From an uncultured Comamonadaceae bacterium (GTDB taxonomy: Bacteria > Pseudomonadota > Gammaproteobacteria > Burkholderiales > Burkholderiaceae_C), in the NCBI GenBank assembly GCA_937862875.1, contig CALMCS010000649.1, positions 1-41,644 of the forward strand: a stretch of 41,644 nt of DNA, given 5' to 3'. The translations under genes and the position numbers were made by a program. This document shows positions 18,160 through 28,577 of this stretch, one piece after another; positions within the stretch are counted from its first letter, which is position 1; every line of letters starts with the position of its first letter. Under the pieces are notes generated by a model. That model was given only the letters and a program-made list of their open reading frames with translations, was not told where the DNA came from and ran no database searches.

Positions 18160-19611
18160 ATGCCATCCAACGCTCCCAGAGCCCATCCCCCTTCCCCGGG
18201 CCGTGCGCCCACGCGCGACCTCACCAAGGGGCCGATCTTTTCCACGCTGTTCGTGTTCTCTCTGCCGATTCTGGCGGGCAACGTGCTGCAGTCGCTCAAC
18301 GGCTCGATCAACGCCATGTGGGTGGGCCGTTTTCTGGGCGAAGCGGCGCTGACCGCCACGGCGAACGCCAACAACGTGATGTTCCTGTTGATCGGCCTGA
18401 TCTTCGGCGTGGGCATGGCGGCGACGATTCTCGTGGGCCAGGCCATGGGCGCGCACGATCTGCCGCAGGCGAAACGGGTGCTGGGCACCAGCGCCACCTT
18501 CTTCGGTCTGGCATCGATGGTGATTGCCGTGGCCGGTTGGCTGTTGTCGCGCAAGATCATGGTGTGGATGGGCACGCCGGCCGATGCGCTGGAGCTGGCC
18601 GAGTCGTACCTGCGGGTGATCTTTCTGGCGATCCCGCTGCTCTATCTGCTGGCCTTTGTTTCCGCCGTGCTGCGCGGCGCGGGCGACACCCGCACGCCGT
18701 TCTGGTTTCTGCTGCTGGTCGTCATTCTGGACACGGTGCTCAACCCCCTGTTGATCTTCGGCTGGGGTCCGATTCCGAAGCTGGGAATGACCGGCTCCGC
18801 GCTGGCTACGCTGGTGGCCAACGCGATCGGGTTCACGCTCATGCTGCTGTGGCTGCGCGCGCGCCAGCATCCGCTGTGGATCAACCGGCACGAGATGGGT
18901 CTCTTCAAACCGGACCTGGTGATTCTGCGTGCGCTGGTCACCAAGGGCCTGCCGATGGGGGCGCAGATCGGTTTGATCTCGATGGCGATGATCGCCATGA
19001 TTTCGATGGTCAACGCGTACGGTGTGCACACCGCTTCGGCCTACGGTGCGGCGCTGCAGCTGTGGACCTATGTGCAGATGCCCGCGATGGCGATTGGCGC
19101 AGCCTGCTCGTCCATGGCGGCGCAGAACGTCGGCGCGCGTATGTGGGACCGGGTCACCGACACGGCGCGCGCGGGCGTGATCTGCAACGTGGTGATGACC
19201 GGGGCGCTGATCGTCACGATCTTCTTTGCGGACCGCTACATGATTGGCTGGTTTCTGCCGGAGGGCAGCGAGTCGATCGAAATCGCGCGCCACCTGAATC
19301 ACATCGCGATCGGTTCATTCCTGTTTTTTGGCGTGACCTTTGTGCTCTCGGGCGTGGTGCGCGCGACCGGCGCGGTGATGCCGCCCCTCATCATTCTGGC
19401 GATTGCGATGTGGGGGATCCGCGTGCCCTTCGCGCATTTTCTGCAACCCGTGTGGGGTGCGGATGCCATCTGGTGGAGCTTTCCGGTGAGCGCCTTCTGC
19501 TCGATGGTGATGATGGTCGGCTACTACCAGCGCGGCAACTGGCGCAAGGCGAAGATGCTGGTACCGGCATCTTCCACCCCTGCGCCAACGCCGACGATCA
19601 CTCGATCTTGA
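18160..19611 (+). CDS. MATE family efflux transporter
   Basis: DLTKGPI...FSLP, VLRGAGDTRTP, LNPLLIFG, QNVGA; about 12 TM segments. Start probably ATG 18160. Confidence 0.92.
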   Translation: MPSNAPRAHPPSPGRAPTRDLTKGPIFSTLFVFSLPILAGNVLQSLNGSINAMWVGRFLGEAALTATANANNVMFLLIGLIFGVGMAATILVGQAMGAHDLPQAKRVLGTSATFFGLASMVIAVAGWLLSRKIMVWMGTPADALELAESYLRVIFLAIPLLYLLAFVSAVLRGAGDTRTPFWFLLLVVILDTVLNPLLIFGWGPIPKLGMTGSALATLVANAIGFTLMLLWLRARQHPLWINRHEMGLFKPDLVILRALVTKGLPMGAQIGLISMAMIAMISMVNAYGVHTASAYGAALQLWTYVQMPAMAIGAACSSMAAQNVGARMWDRVTDTARAGVICNVVMTGALIVTIFFADRYMIGWFLPEGSESIEIARHLNHIAIGSFLFFGVTFVLSGVVRATGAVMPPLIILAIAMWGIRVPFAHFLQPVWGADAIWWSFPVSAFCSMVMMVGYYQRGNWRKAKMLVPASSTPAPTPTITRS

Positions 19612-20578
19612 AGCCGGTGTCCTTCACGACGCGTTTCCAGCGATCGTTGTCGGCCTGAATGATCTTGCCGAAGCCCTCGGGACCGAGGGCGTGCGGCAGG
19701 TAGTCGTAGGTCTTGAGCTTGGCGAGCACTTCCGGGCTGTTGACGACCTTTTCCATCTGCGCCGAGAGCACGCTCACGATGTCCTTGGGCGTACCCTTGG
19801 GTGCGAGCATGCCGGCCCATGAGTTGAAATCCATGCCCTCCACGCCGCTTTCCTTCAACGTGGGAACCTGCGGGAACGACTCGGCGCGCTTGGGCAGAAT
19901 CACCGCCAAGGCCTTCACCTTGCCGGCCTTGATCATCTCGACCGACACGAACGAGTCGAACGAAAAATCGACCTCGCCGGCCACCACGGCCTGCATCTGC
20001 GGGCTCGTTCCCTTGTACTGCGCGTTGATGATGTTCGGTGCCTTGATGACCTTCTTGAACTGCTCGGTGATCAGCGAAATCATGCTGCTGCCGGACGATG
20101 CGGTCAGCGGTTTTTCGCTCTTGTGGGCCAGCGCGATCAGCTCCTGAATGTTGTTGGCCGGGAAGTCCTTGCGCGCGATGATCACGAAGCCGACATCGCA
20201 GACCATGCCCACGGGCTCGAAGCTCCCGAGCGCCTCGTAGTTGGCCTTGTAGAGCACCGGGCTCAGCGTTTGCGCACCGGCGGTGTTGAACAGCAGCGTG
20301 TAGCCATCGGGTGTGGCTCGCGCCACCGCTTCCGTGCCGATGATGCCGTTGGCTCCGCCCTTGTTGTCCACAATGAAGGTCTGCCCCAGGCCCTCGCCCA
20401 TTTTCTGGAGCACCAGGCGCGCCACCACGTCGGTCGTGCCCCCGGCCGGAAACGGCACGACCACTCTCACAGGTTTGTCCGGATACTTTCCCGACGCCCA
20501 TGCCCAATGCGGCAATCCCAGCGCTGCTGCGCTCGCCACACCACCTGCCAATATTCCCCGGCGCGAAATCACGTGCAT
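19598..20578 (-). CDS. Bug/TctC tripartite tricarboxylate transporter substrate-binding protein
   Basis: SRRGIL twin-arginine-like signal, YPDKPVRVVVPFPAGGTTD, VDNKGGANGIIG, PDGYTLL, YKG, PQVPTLKESG; AGGAG RBS before ATG 20578. Confidence 0.92.
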   Translation of the reverse strand: MHVISRRGILAGGVASAAALGLPHWAWASGKYPDKPVRVVVPFPAGGTTDVVARLVLQKMGEGLGQTFIVDNKGGANGIIGTEAVARATPDGYTLLFNTAGAQTLSPVLYKANYEALGSFEPVGMVCDVGFVIIARKDFPANNIQELIALAHKSEKPLTASSGSSMISLITEQFKKVIKAPNIINAQYKGTSPQMQAVVAGEVDFSFDSFVSVEMIKAGKVKALAVILPKRAESFPQVPTLKESGVEGMDFNSWAGMLAPKGTPKDIVSVLSAQMEKVVNSPEVLAKLKTYDYLPHALGPEGFGKIIQADNDRWKRVVKDTGFKIE

Positions 20579-20865
20579 AGTGATCGTCTCCTGTGAAGGC
20601 TGATATTTGAGCTGAGCATCATGGCGAGCGGCCAGTGGCAAAGTCCAATTGCAAACGCCAATACAAGCATTCGCGTTGCGTATCGTGGACCGCGATTTCG
20701 GCCTCTCCACTCGACAGCAGAACAGGAATGCTGCACTGCAATACGAAACCGCTCGGTGTAAACCACTAACCGGAAAACAGGGGCAATGCATACCCGGGTG
20801 GTGATTCCACCTTTAGATGTACACAATATGGAACCTAAGCAGCGCTGTCGGCTCACATCAAGGTC

Positions 20866-23112
20866 ATGTCCATCCTTTGCACGCAGCGCTGGCTGCCCTC
20901 CCTCCTTCTCGCCGCAGCCACTGCGGTGTCCTTTGGCGCCAGCGCGCAAATTCAACTCAAGACCGGTGGCGCAAGCGCCGGCAGCAGCGTGGTCACCACC
21001 GACCACGTGCAGGCCGAGTTGGTGGCGCAGGCCCCAGACGGCGTAGGCCCGGGCAAACCGCTGTGGCTGGGCTTGTCGATCAAGCACCAGCCCGAGTGGC
21101 ACACCTACTGGAAGAACCCCGGCGATTCCGGTCTGCCCACGCAGATGGAGTGGAAACTGCCCCAAGGCATCGATGCCGGCGAGATCGCCTGGCCCGTGCC
21201 CCACAAGCTCCCGCTCGGCACCCTGGTCAATTACGGCTACGAAGGCACGTTGCTGCTGCCCGTGCCGATGACGGTCGCCAGCACCTTCAACCCCGGCCCG
21301 CTCGCCAAGGATGTGACCTTCGTCGTGCAGGCCACGTGGCTCGTCTGCCGCCGGGAATGTATTCCCGAAGAAGGCACGTTCACGCTGCAGGTGCCGATTC
21401 AGGGCACGACCGCACTGCACTCCGCCGCGTTTGACGCCGCGGCCAAGGCCCATCCGCAGGATCTGAGCGCCGAAGCGAACGCGAAAAGCTCGGTGACCGT
21501 GGACGGCAACGCCATTCAGGTGCGTGTCGCCGGACTGCCCAAGAATATAGAGGGCAAGACGCTGACGCTCTTCCCCGAAACCGAGGCGGTGATTGAACCG
21601 GCCGGTGAGCTCACCCAGCAATGGGATGGCGATGTGTGGACTGGGCGCATGCCCCTGTCCGCGCAGCGCAGCGCAAGCCCCACACCCATGCCCGTCGTTC
21701 TGGTCAGCGCTGATGGCCAGGGCTGGCGTGCCGAATTGCCGGTACCCGCCGGCTGGCCGAAGACGGCCGATGCGGCCACCGTGTCGCCGGCACTCGAAGC
21801 GGCGCTCAAGGCGAATTCGCAACTCGGCGGCGGCGCGGCGCAGGCACCCGCTGCAGCGTCCTCTGCATCCTCCATTTCCGCAGCGCCCGCCGGCGTCTGG
21901 TTTGCCGCATTGTTCGGCGCCCTGCTCGGCGGCTTGATTCTGAATTTGATGCCCTGCGTGTTCCCCGTGCTGGCGATCAAGGTGGTCGGCTTTGCGCAGC
22001 ACGCGCAGGACCGCAAGGCGCACCGCGCAGGTGGCCTGGCCTACACGGCGGGTGTGATTCTTTCGTTCCTCGCACTCGGCGCACTGATGCTCGGTTTGCG
22101 CGCCGCCGGCGAAGCCGTGGGCTGGGGATTTCAGCTGCAGTCGCCCGGTGTGGTGGCGGCGCTCGCGGCCCTGTTCACCCTCATCGGTTTGAACCTCGCC
22201 GGCGTCTTTGAATTCGGCAGTTTGCTGCCGTCTTCGGTGGCGAGCATGCAGGCCAAGCATCCGGTGGTGGATTCGTTCCTGACCGGTGTGCTCGCGGTGG
22301 CGATTGCATCGCCTTGCACGGCCCCGTTCATGGGTGCATCGCTCGGCCTCACGGCCACCCTGCCCGCGTTTCAGGCGCTGTCGATCTTTGCGGCCCTGGG
22401 CCTGGGTCTGGCGTTGCCGTATCTGCTGGCCAGCTGGATTCCGGCCGTCGCACGTGCGATGCCGCGCCCCGGCGCATGGATGGACACGCTGCGCCGCTTC
22501 ATGGCGTTCCCGATGTTCGCCACCGTCGTTTGGCTGGTCTGGGTGCTGGGTCAGCAAAGCGGCATCAATGGCGCTGCCGCCCTGCTCGCACTGCTGGTGG
22601 CGCTGGCGATGGCGGTCTGGGCTCTGTTCTCGCTGAACGGTCGCAGCCGCATGGTGCTTGCGCCGATTTCCGTGCTGGTGCTGGCGTGGTTGGCCTGGTC
22701 CTGGGCCCCGCGCATCACGCAGATGTTGCCCGAGCCATCGACGGTTGCGGCGCAAGGCGAAGCCGGTTCTGCAAGCGGTTGGCGTGCGTGGCAAACCGGC
22801 TTGCCGGAGCAGTTGATTGCACAGGGCCAACCGGTGTTTGTCGACTTCACCGCCGCCTGGTGCGTGACCTGCCAATTCAACAAGAATTCCACCTTGTCCG
22901 ACGAAGCCGTGGTCCGCGACTTTGCGGCCAAGAACGTGGCCCTGCTGCGCGCCGACTGGACCCGTCGCGATCCGAAAATCACGGTGGCCCTGCGCGAATT
23001 GGGCCGCAGCGGTGTTCCCGTCTACGTGCTGTATGCACCGGGCAAGCCACCGCTGGTGATGACGGAGTTGCTGAGCAAGAGCGAAGTGCAATCGGCATTG
23101 GCCGCGCTCTGA
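20866..23112 (+). CDS. dsbD: Protein-disulfide reductase, DsbD family
   Basis: Signal peptide; WHTYWKNPGDSG and CRREC in the N-domain; TM domain with LMPCVFP and SPCTAP; C-terminal thioredoxin WCVTC. Confidence 0.9.
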   Translation: MSILCTQRWLPSLLLAAATAVSFGASAQIQLKTGGASAGSSVVTTDHVQAELVAQAPDGVGPGKPLWLGLSIKHQPEWHTYWKNPGDSGLPTQMEWKLPQGIDAGEIAWPVPHKLPLGTLVNYGYEGTLLLPVPMTVASTFNPGPLAKDVTFVVQATWLVCRRECIPEEGTFTLQVPIQGTTALHSAAFDAAAKAHPQDLSAEANAKSSVTVDGNAIQVRVAGLPKNIEGKTLTLFPETEAVIEPAGELTQQWDGDVWTGRMPLSAQRSASPTPMPVVLVSADGQGWRAELPVPAGWPKTADAATVSPALEAALKANSQLGGGAAQAPAAASSASSISAAPAGVWFAALFGALLGGLILNLMPCVFPVLAIKVVGFAQHAQDRKAHRAGGLAYTAGVILSFLALGALMLGLRAAGEAVGWGFQLQSPGVVAALAALFTLIGLNLAGVFEFGSLLPSSVASMQAKHPVVDSFLTGVLAVAIASPCTAPFMGASLGLTATLPAFQALSIFAALGLGLALPYLLASWIPAVARAMPRPGAWMDTLRRFMAFPMFATVVWLVWVLGQQSGINGAAALLALLVALAMAVWALFSLNGRSRMVLAPISVLVLAWLAWSWAPRITQMLPEPSTVAAQGEAGSASGWRAWQTGLPEQLIAQGQPVFVDFTAAWCVTCQFNKNSTLSDEAVVRDFAAKNVALLRADWTRRDPKITVALRELGRSGVPVYVLYAPGKPPLVMTELLSKSEVQSALAAL

Positions 23113-23333
23113 TGTGCGGGCTCGCGAGCGCATCATCGGGTAATCCCCTGCGCTCTACGGCCTCCACCTACATGCACGCCATCGCATAGCGCACTAGACT
23201 GTCATCGTCCGAGGGACACAGCATCCAATCACACGGCGTCGCAGCGGCCGCGTCAGCCTTCGGATGTGTCACCCAACGCGTGACTCTGACTCAAGCGGCC
23301 ACTGCCCGCCCTGTTCCGCACAGGAGGTGGGCT

Positions 23334-23867
23334 ATGCATGCATCTACTACGTCAAACCACTCGATTCTGCATCCGTCGCAGCGCAGCAAGAATCTCGTGC
23401 TTGCGATTGCGCTGGCGAGTCTGGCGGTCGCCGGATTCGTGCTGCCATTCGTCTGGGATGTGCTGGCCACGGTCGACAGCATGCCCAAGATGGCCTGGCT
23501 CACCCAGTTGCTCGCGGGGTCACCGATCGTCAGCTGGATGCTGATGTTTGCCTGGGGCGCCACCATTCCGATGATGTTGCTGTTCGCACTGCATCAGGCT
23601 CCCGCACATCGCATTCGCAATGGCTTCTTCGTGCTCGTGCTGATGTTCATCGCCATCACCTGGTTTGTGCACATGCCATCGGCCGGACGTTGCGACGTGA
23701 TGTACCGGAATTCCGAACTGGCCTGCAGCGCGCTCCGTTGGGGTTTCAGCACCAGCCTTGGACTGGCCACTGCGGCCTATGTGTTCACGATATTTGTGAT
23801 CGGCTTTTCCTCGCTGGGATTGTTCGCGCAATGCATCGGCGACAACAAGACGGCACACGCGTCCTGA
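23334..23867 (+). CDS. Hypothetical integral membrane protein (about 4 TM segments)
   Basis: Strong AGGAGG RBS before ATG 23334; four hydrophobic stretches; Cys pair (RCDVMYRNSELAC) in a loop. Family not recognised. Confidence 0.6.
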   Translation: MHASTTSNHSILHPSQRSKNLVLAIALASLAVAGFVLPFVWDVLATVDSMPKMAWLTQLLAGSPIVSWMLMFAWGATIPMMLLFALHQAPAHRIRNGFFVLVLMFIAITWFVHMPSAGRCDVMYRNSELACSALRWGFSTSLGLATAAYVFTIFVIGFSSLGLFAQCIGDNKTAHAS

Positions 23868-23948
23868 ACGGCTGTTGGAGCGAAAGAAGGCACAAAATGC
23901 GGGGTCTTTGCGCGCAGCAAGGATTCCGTTTTCTTTAAAATAGCGACT

Positions 23949-24012
23949 GGGTGCTCGTGACGCAATGCTGCGTCGGAGCAGGTTTCTGCAGCGCTGGTCG
24001 GGCCGCCAGCGC
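23949..24012 (+). ncRNA. Probable nhaA-I (Li+-I) riboswitch
   Basis: GGG-TGCTC...GAGCA-GGT stem with inner GACGCA/TGCGTC, then a GCGCTGG/CCAGCGC hairpin with loop TCGGGCCG. It lies directly upstream of nhaA and just after a TAAAAT -10-like box (23936-23941). It matches my recollection of the nhaA-I consensus; not checked against Rfam. Confidence 0.7.
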
Positions 24013-24063
24013 ACATTCGATTCGTGGTGCAAAGCCGCGCGTTGAAAACAACCTGCTCTTGTC

Positions 24064-25362
24064 ATGACCCAGCCTACTACCCGGGGGCCCGCGGCTTCGC
24101 GCTCGCCTGCCCTTCTCTCTTTTGCTGACCGCATCGCGGCGGCCCTCAAACATCTCATGCATTCCGATGCGGCCGGTGGCGTCGTCTTGCTGCTCGCTGC
24201 CGCTGCCGCGCTGATCTGGGCGAACTCGCCCGCACAGGATTCGTATCACGCACTGTGGCATGCCATGGTGGGCCTGTCGCTGGGCGACTTCCAGTTCTCG
24301 CAGAGCCTGCATTTCTGGGTCAACGACGCGTTGATGACGGTGTTCTTTCTCGTGGTCGGCATGGAAATCCGGCGCGAGATGCACAGCGGTGCACTGGCCG
24401 AACCGCGCCAGGCCTTGCTGCCGATTCTGGCGGCGCTGGGCGGTGTCGCCGCTCCGGCGTTGGTGTATCTGGCACTGGTTCCATCGAACGAATTGATGAA
24501 CGGTTGGGCGATTCCAACCGCCACCGATATCGCGTTTGCCGTCGGCGTGTTGGCGCTGCTGGGCCGGGGACTGCCGCCCTCGTTGCGCATTTTTCTGCTC
24601 ACCCTGGCGATCATCGACGACCTCGTGGCCGTGCTCATCATTGCGCTGTTCTACTCGGGCGGATTGCAGTGGGGCATGCTGATGTTCGCAGCCCTTGGCC
24701 TGCTGGGCGTGTACGGCCTGCAGGCGCTTGGCGTGCGCCGTGCGTGGTTCTATGTGCTGCCCGGCGCGGTGCTCTGGTGGGGCATCTGGCAAACCGGCGC
24801 GCACCCCACACTGGCGGGCGTGGTGCTGGGTCTGATCACGCCGGTCTACATGCTGCAAGGCCGCGAAAGCGCTGCGCCGGTGCAGCGGGTGGCCGCGTCC
24901 CTGCACCCCTGGGTGACCTTCGGCGTGATGCCGCTGTTCGCGCTCGCCAATGCGGGGGTGAGTATCCAGTCCACCGGTTCCGACACGGCGACCGCCGGCG
25001 GCAGCCAGGTGATGCTGGCCATTGCCCTCGCACTGTTGATCGGCAAGCCGCTGGGCGTCGTGTTCGTGAGCTGGCTGGCCGTGCGTTTGCGCATCAGCGC
25101 GCTGCCCGCAGGCATGCGCTGGTCGCACATGTGGCTCACAGGCCTGCTGGCCGGTATCGGGTTCACCATGGCGATCTTCATTGCCACGCTGGCATTCACC
25201 GACGCGGCCCTGTTGAACGACGCCAAGCTGGGCGTGCTGATCGCCTCTGCGGTTGCTGCGGTGCTGGGCCTCGCCTTTGGCGCGTATCTCAAGCGCTCGC
25301 GCCCGGCGCACCCCGACGCGAGTGCACACTCGCCTGACGCTCGACAGACTGCGACTATCTGA
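24064..25362 (+). CDS. nhaA: Na+/H+ antiporter NhaA
   Basis: [61 protein letters not shown]. Confidence 0.95.
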   Translation: MTQPTTRGPAASRSPALLSFADRIAAALKHLMHSDAAGGVVLLLAAAAALIWANSPAQDSYHALWHAMVGLSLGDFQFSQSLHFWVNDALMTVFFLVVGMEIRREMHSGALAEPRQALLPILAALGGVAAPALVYLALVPSNELMNGWAIPTATDIAFAVGVLALLGRGLPPSLRIFLLTLAIIDDLVAVLIIALFYSGGLQWGMLMFAALGLLGVYGLQALGVRRAWFYVLPGAVLWWGIWQTGAHPTLAGVVLGLITPVYMLQGRESAAPVQRVAASLHPWVTFGVMPLFALANAGVSIQSTGSDTATAGGSQVMLAIALALLIGKPLGVVFVSWLAVRLRISALPAGMRWSHMWLTGLLAGIGFTMAIFIATLAFTDAALLNDAKLGVLIASAVAAVLGLAFGAYLKRSRPAHPDASAHSPDARQTATI

Positions 25363-25416
25363 TTATTCGATAACCCGCTAAACTGGGAAAATCACAATTG
25401 GTTGCGGATTTTTCCA

Positions 25417-26631
25417 GTGCACACCTTCAAACCCGACTTCCTGACCGCGTTTGGCATGATCGCTCTTGCCGCGTGGACGGTCACGTGGGTGATGTGGATC
25501 CTGGGCCGCCAACATTGGCGTCAGGGCATGGCCGAGGCGGTGCTGAGCACCGCGCTCTGCGGCTTTGCGTATGCGTGCTTTGCGCTGCAGAGCAGGCTCG
25601 GCATGGTGGAGTTGCAGGTCACCGCAAAGATTCTCATCAGCGCGGCGATTGCGGCCTTCACCATTGCGCTGCAGCGCTTTCGGCAAAGTACCGACTGGAA
25701 ACGTGACGCGGCCATCGTGGTGCTGCCGCTGATCGGCTCGCTCGCCCTGGTGCCGCTGTACCTGCCCGGCAACCTCATCGGCTTCAATCGCATGCAGACC
25801 GTGATCACGGTGCTGCAGACCCTGTGCACCTTGCAGGTGCTCTACCGCATGCGCGCCAACACGCCGGGGCTTGGCTGGATGCTGGTGACGGCCATGACCT
25901 TTCTGCAGATCGCATCGATCGTGCCGCTGGTGTTCGTGAAGGACCGGCCCTCGCCCGACCTCGGCACCGACATGCCGCTCGGCAGCCTGCTGGCGATGTG
26001 GGGCCTGTGCCTGATGCTGTTCCTCAAACTGGTGGTCACCTCCATCGGTTTTCTGATCATGCTGCGCGACCGCCAGGCGGCGCTGGAGCGGCACAAGGCC
26101 TTGCTCGATCCGCTCACGCAATTGCCCAACCGTGCCGCGTTGGTGCGCGGCATCGTCAAGGCGATCGCCATGTCCATCCAAAAGAACAAATCACTGGCCG
26201 TGCTGGTGATGGACATCGACCACTTCAAGCGCTTCAACGATCAGCATGGTCATCTCGCGGGCGATCAGGTGATTCAGATGGTGGCCCGCATCCTGCAGCA
26301 ACAGTCGCGCGGCATCGACATGGTGGCGCGCTACGGCGGCGAAGAGTTCGTGCTGGTGCTGCCCGAAACGCTGCCGCACGAGGCCAAGATCATGGCCGAA
26401 CGCGTGAGCCGCGCGATCCGCACTACGCCGCTCATCCTGTCCTCGGGCGAAGAGTTGCGCGTCACCGTCAGCGTTGGAATCCATGCCGGTATTCCGGCGC
26501 AAGGTGCAAGCTGGGAGCCGCTGGTGTCCGCAGCCGATGCGGCCATGTACATCGCCAAGCGCAGCGGACGCGATCGCGTGGTGGTCGCCGCCGCGCCCAA
26601 GGACACCGAGGTCGCACTCAGCGCCATCTGA
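25417..26631 (+). CDS. Membrane-anchored diguanylate cyclase (GGDEF)
   Basis: Multi-TM N-terminus, DPLTQLPNR, DIDHFKRFND.HGH..GD, RxxD I-site (RGID) and RYGGEEF. Start is GTG 25417 or TTG 25402. Confidence 0.9.
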   Translation: MHTFKPDFLTAFGMIALAAWTVTWVMWILGRQHWRQGMAEAVLSTALCGFAYACFALQSRLGMVELQVTAKILISAAIAAFTIALQRFRQSTDWKRDAAIVVLPLIGSLALVPLYLPGNLIGFNRMQTVITVLQTLCTLQVLYRMRANTPGLGWMLVTAMTFLQIASIVPLVFVKDRPSPDLGTDMPLGSLLAMWGLCLMLFLKLVVTSIGFLIMLRDRQAALERHKALLDPLTQLPNRAALVRGIVKAIAMSIQKNKSLAVLVMDIDHFKRFNDQHGHLAGDQVIQMVARILQQQSRGIDMVARYGGEEFVLVLPETLPHEAKIMAERVSRAIRTTPLILSSGEELRVTVSVGIHAGIPAQGASWEPLVSAADAAMYIAKRSGRDRVVVAAAPKDTEVALSAI

Positions 26632-26716
26632 CCGTCCATCGCGAGCGGCGGACCCTGTTGCATCGGTAGAGCACCCGATGGGCTCGCGCGCTGATCGGCC
26701 CTAAACTGGGCTCATC

Positions 26717-27232
26717 ATGCTTCAAACTCCCGATACCGTCAGCACGCTGCGCCGCATTCTCACGCAGTGCCGCACCATTGCCGTAGTGGGCCTGTCACCG
26801 CAGTGGCACCGTCCCAGTCACTTCGCAGCCAAGTACATGCAGGCGCATGGCTACCGCATCATTCCAGTGAACCCCCTGGTCGCCAAAGAAGGCGGCGAGA
26901 TTCTCGGTGAACACGCGTATGCGAGCGTCACCGAAGCCGCCGCGGCGCTGCAGAAAGACGGTGTCAAGATCGACATGGTCGACTGCTTTCGCAAGAGCGA
27001 AGACATCCCTCCGCTGGCCGACGAGGCCATCGCCGTGGGCGCGTCATGCCTGTGGTTGCAGCTTGGCGTTTTCAATGAAGAGGCCGGCCTGCGCGCCGAA
27101 GCCGCGGGCCTGAGCGTGATTCAGAACCGCTGCGTGAAGATCGAACATGCACGCCTTTTCGGCGGTCTCGGTTGGATGGGCGTGAACACCAAAGTGATCT
27201 CCGCCAAACGTCCACAGCAACTGCCTTATTGA
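26717..27232 (+). CDS. CoA-binding protein (YccU-like)
   Basis: TIAVVGLS...RPS, GYRIIPVNP, DMVDCFR, LWLQLG, NRCVKIEH. Confidence 0.9.
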   Translation: MLQTPDTVSTLRRILTQCRTIAVVGLSPQWHRPSHFAAKYMQAHGYRIIPVNPLVAKEGGEILGEHAYASVTEAAAALQKDGVKIDMVDCFRKSEDIPPLADEAIAVGASCLWLQLGVFNEEAGLRAEAAGLSVIQNRCVKIEHARLFGGLGWMGVNTKVISAKRPQQLPY

Positions 27233-27238
27233 TCCCCC

Positions 27239-28561
27239 ATGACAGATTCTCAACAACCATCCGGCGACCGCGAATTCGGATTCGGCACCCGCGCCATCCA
27301 TGCGGGCGCGCAGCCCGACCCGGTCACTGGTGCGCGCGCGACGCCAATCCATCAAACCACGAGCTTTGTTTTCGACAACGCCGAACATGCCGCGAGCCTG
27401 TTCAATCTGCAGACCTTCGGCAATGTCTACAGCCGCATCAGCAACCCCACCGTGGCGGTGTTCGAGGAGCGCATCGCGAGTCTCGAAAACGGCCGCGCGG
27501 CACTCGCCTGCGCCAGCGGCATGGCCGCGCAGATGGCGGCCTTGCTGGCAATTCTGAAGACCGGTGACCACATCGTTGCGGCCAGCACGCTCTATGGCGG
27601 AACGGTGGGCCAGCTCGGCGTGGGCTTCTCGCGCATGGGCATCGAGACCACGTTTGTGGACCCGGCCGACCCCGAGAATTTCGCCCGCGCCGTACGCCCC
27701 AACACCCGCGCGATGTACGGCGAGACGATCGGCAATCCGCTCGTCAACGTGCTCGACATCGCGGCGATTGCCGAGGTCGCGCATGCCCATGGTGTGCCGC
27801 TGGTGATCGACAACACCGTCGCCAGTCCCTACCTGTGCAACCCGCTCGCGTTCGGTGCCGACATCGTGGTGCACAGCGCCACCAAATACATCGGCGGCCA
27901 CGGCACGACGATGGGCGGCGTGGTGGTCGAGGGTGGAAAATTTCCTTGGGACAACGGCAAATTCCCCGAGATGATGGAGCCGAGCCGTGCGTACCACGGC
28001 GTCAAGTTCTACGAGACCTTTGGCGACTTCGGCTACACGATGAAGGCGCGCCTCGAGGTCAACCGCACCTTCGGCGGCGTGCTCTCGCCGATGAATGCCT
28101 GGCAACTGCTGCAGGGCGCGGAAACGCTGCACCTGCGCATGCGCGAGCACTGCCGCAATGCGTTGGCCGTGGCGAAGTTTCTGCAGCAGCATCCGCTGGT
28201 GGAATGGGTCAACTACCCCGGCCTTCCCGAGTCGCCGTATTTCGATTTGGCAACCAAACTGCTGCGCAAGGTCGATGGCGCTCCGGGTGCATCGGGCATC
28301 CTCACCTTCGGCGTCAAGGGCGGCGCGGCGGCCGGCGAGAAGTTCATCGATGCCTGCGAGTTTCTGAGCCATCTCGCCAACATCGGCGATGCCAAGACGC
28401 TGGTGATTCACCCGGCCTCCACCACCCACCGCCAACTCACCGACGAGGAGCTGCAAAAGGCCGGCGTCTCGCCCGACATGGTGCGCCTGTCGGTCGGCAT
28501 CGAGGATGTGGACGACATTCTCTGGGACATCGATCAGGCGCTGGCCCGCTCGCAGCGCTGA
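27239..28561 (+). CDS. metY: O-acetylhomoserine aminocarboxypropyltransferase (MetY/Met17 family)
   Basis: TRAIHAG, PIHQTTSFVF, YSRISNPT, ASGMAA, HSATKYIGGHG (PLP lysine), HLANIGDAKTLVIHPASTTH, VRLSVGIE. Confidence 0.9.
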   Translation: MTDSQQPSGDREFGFGTRAIHAGAQPDPVTGARATPIHQTTSFVFDNAEHAASLFNLQTFGNVYSRISNPTVAVFEERIASLENGRAALACASGMAAQMAALLAILKTGDHIVAASTLYGGTVGQLGVGFSRMGIETTFVDPADPENFARAVRPNTRAMYGETIGNPLVNVLDIAAIAEVAHAHGVPLVIDNTVASPYLCNPLAFGADIVVHSATKYIGGHGTTMGGVVVEGGKFPWDNGKFPEMMEPSRAYHGVKFYETFGDFGYTMKARLEVNRTFGGVLSPMNAWQLLQGAETLHLRMREHCRNALAVAKFLQQHPLVEWVNYPGLPESPYFDLATKLLRKVDGAPGASGILTFGVKGGAAAGEKFIDACEFLSHLANIGDAKTLVIHPASTTHRQLTDEELQKAGVSPDMVRLSVGIEDVDDILWDIDQALARSQR

Positions 28562-28577
28562 TGTCTGGAGCCGTGCG

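Noticed and set aside
19598-19611. 14-bp convergent overlap of the MATE and Bug 3' ends
   Set aside because: Short tail-to-tail overlaps are common and there is no further sign of function.
20636-20653. Sigma-54 promoter (TGGCA...TTGCA) between the Bug gene and dsbD
   Set aside because: GG-to-GC spacing is 12 nt rather than the required 10.
20569-23136. 855-aa minus-strand ORF; likewise 311-2155(-), 5460-7832(+), 17485-19302(-), 27044-28681(-) and 30855-32705(-)
   Set aside because: Antisense shadows of well-supported genes, expected from high-GC codon bias; they contain no recognisable motifs.
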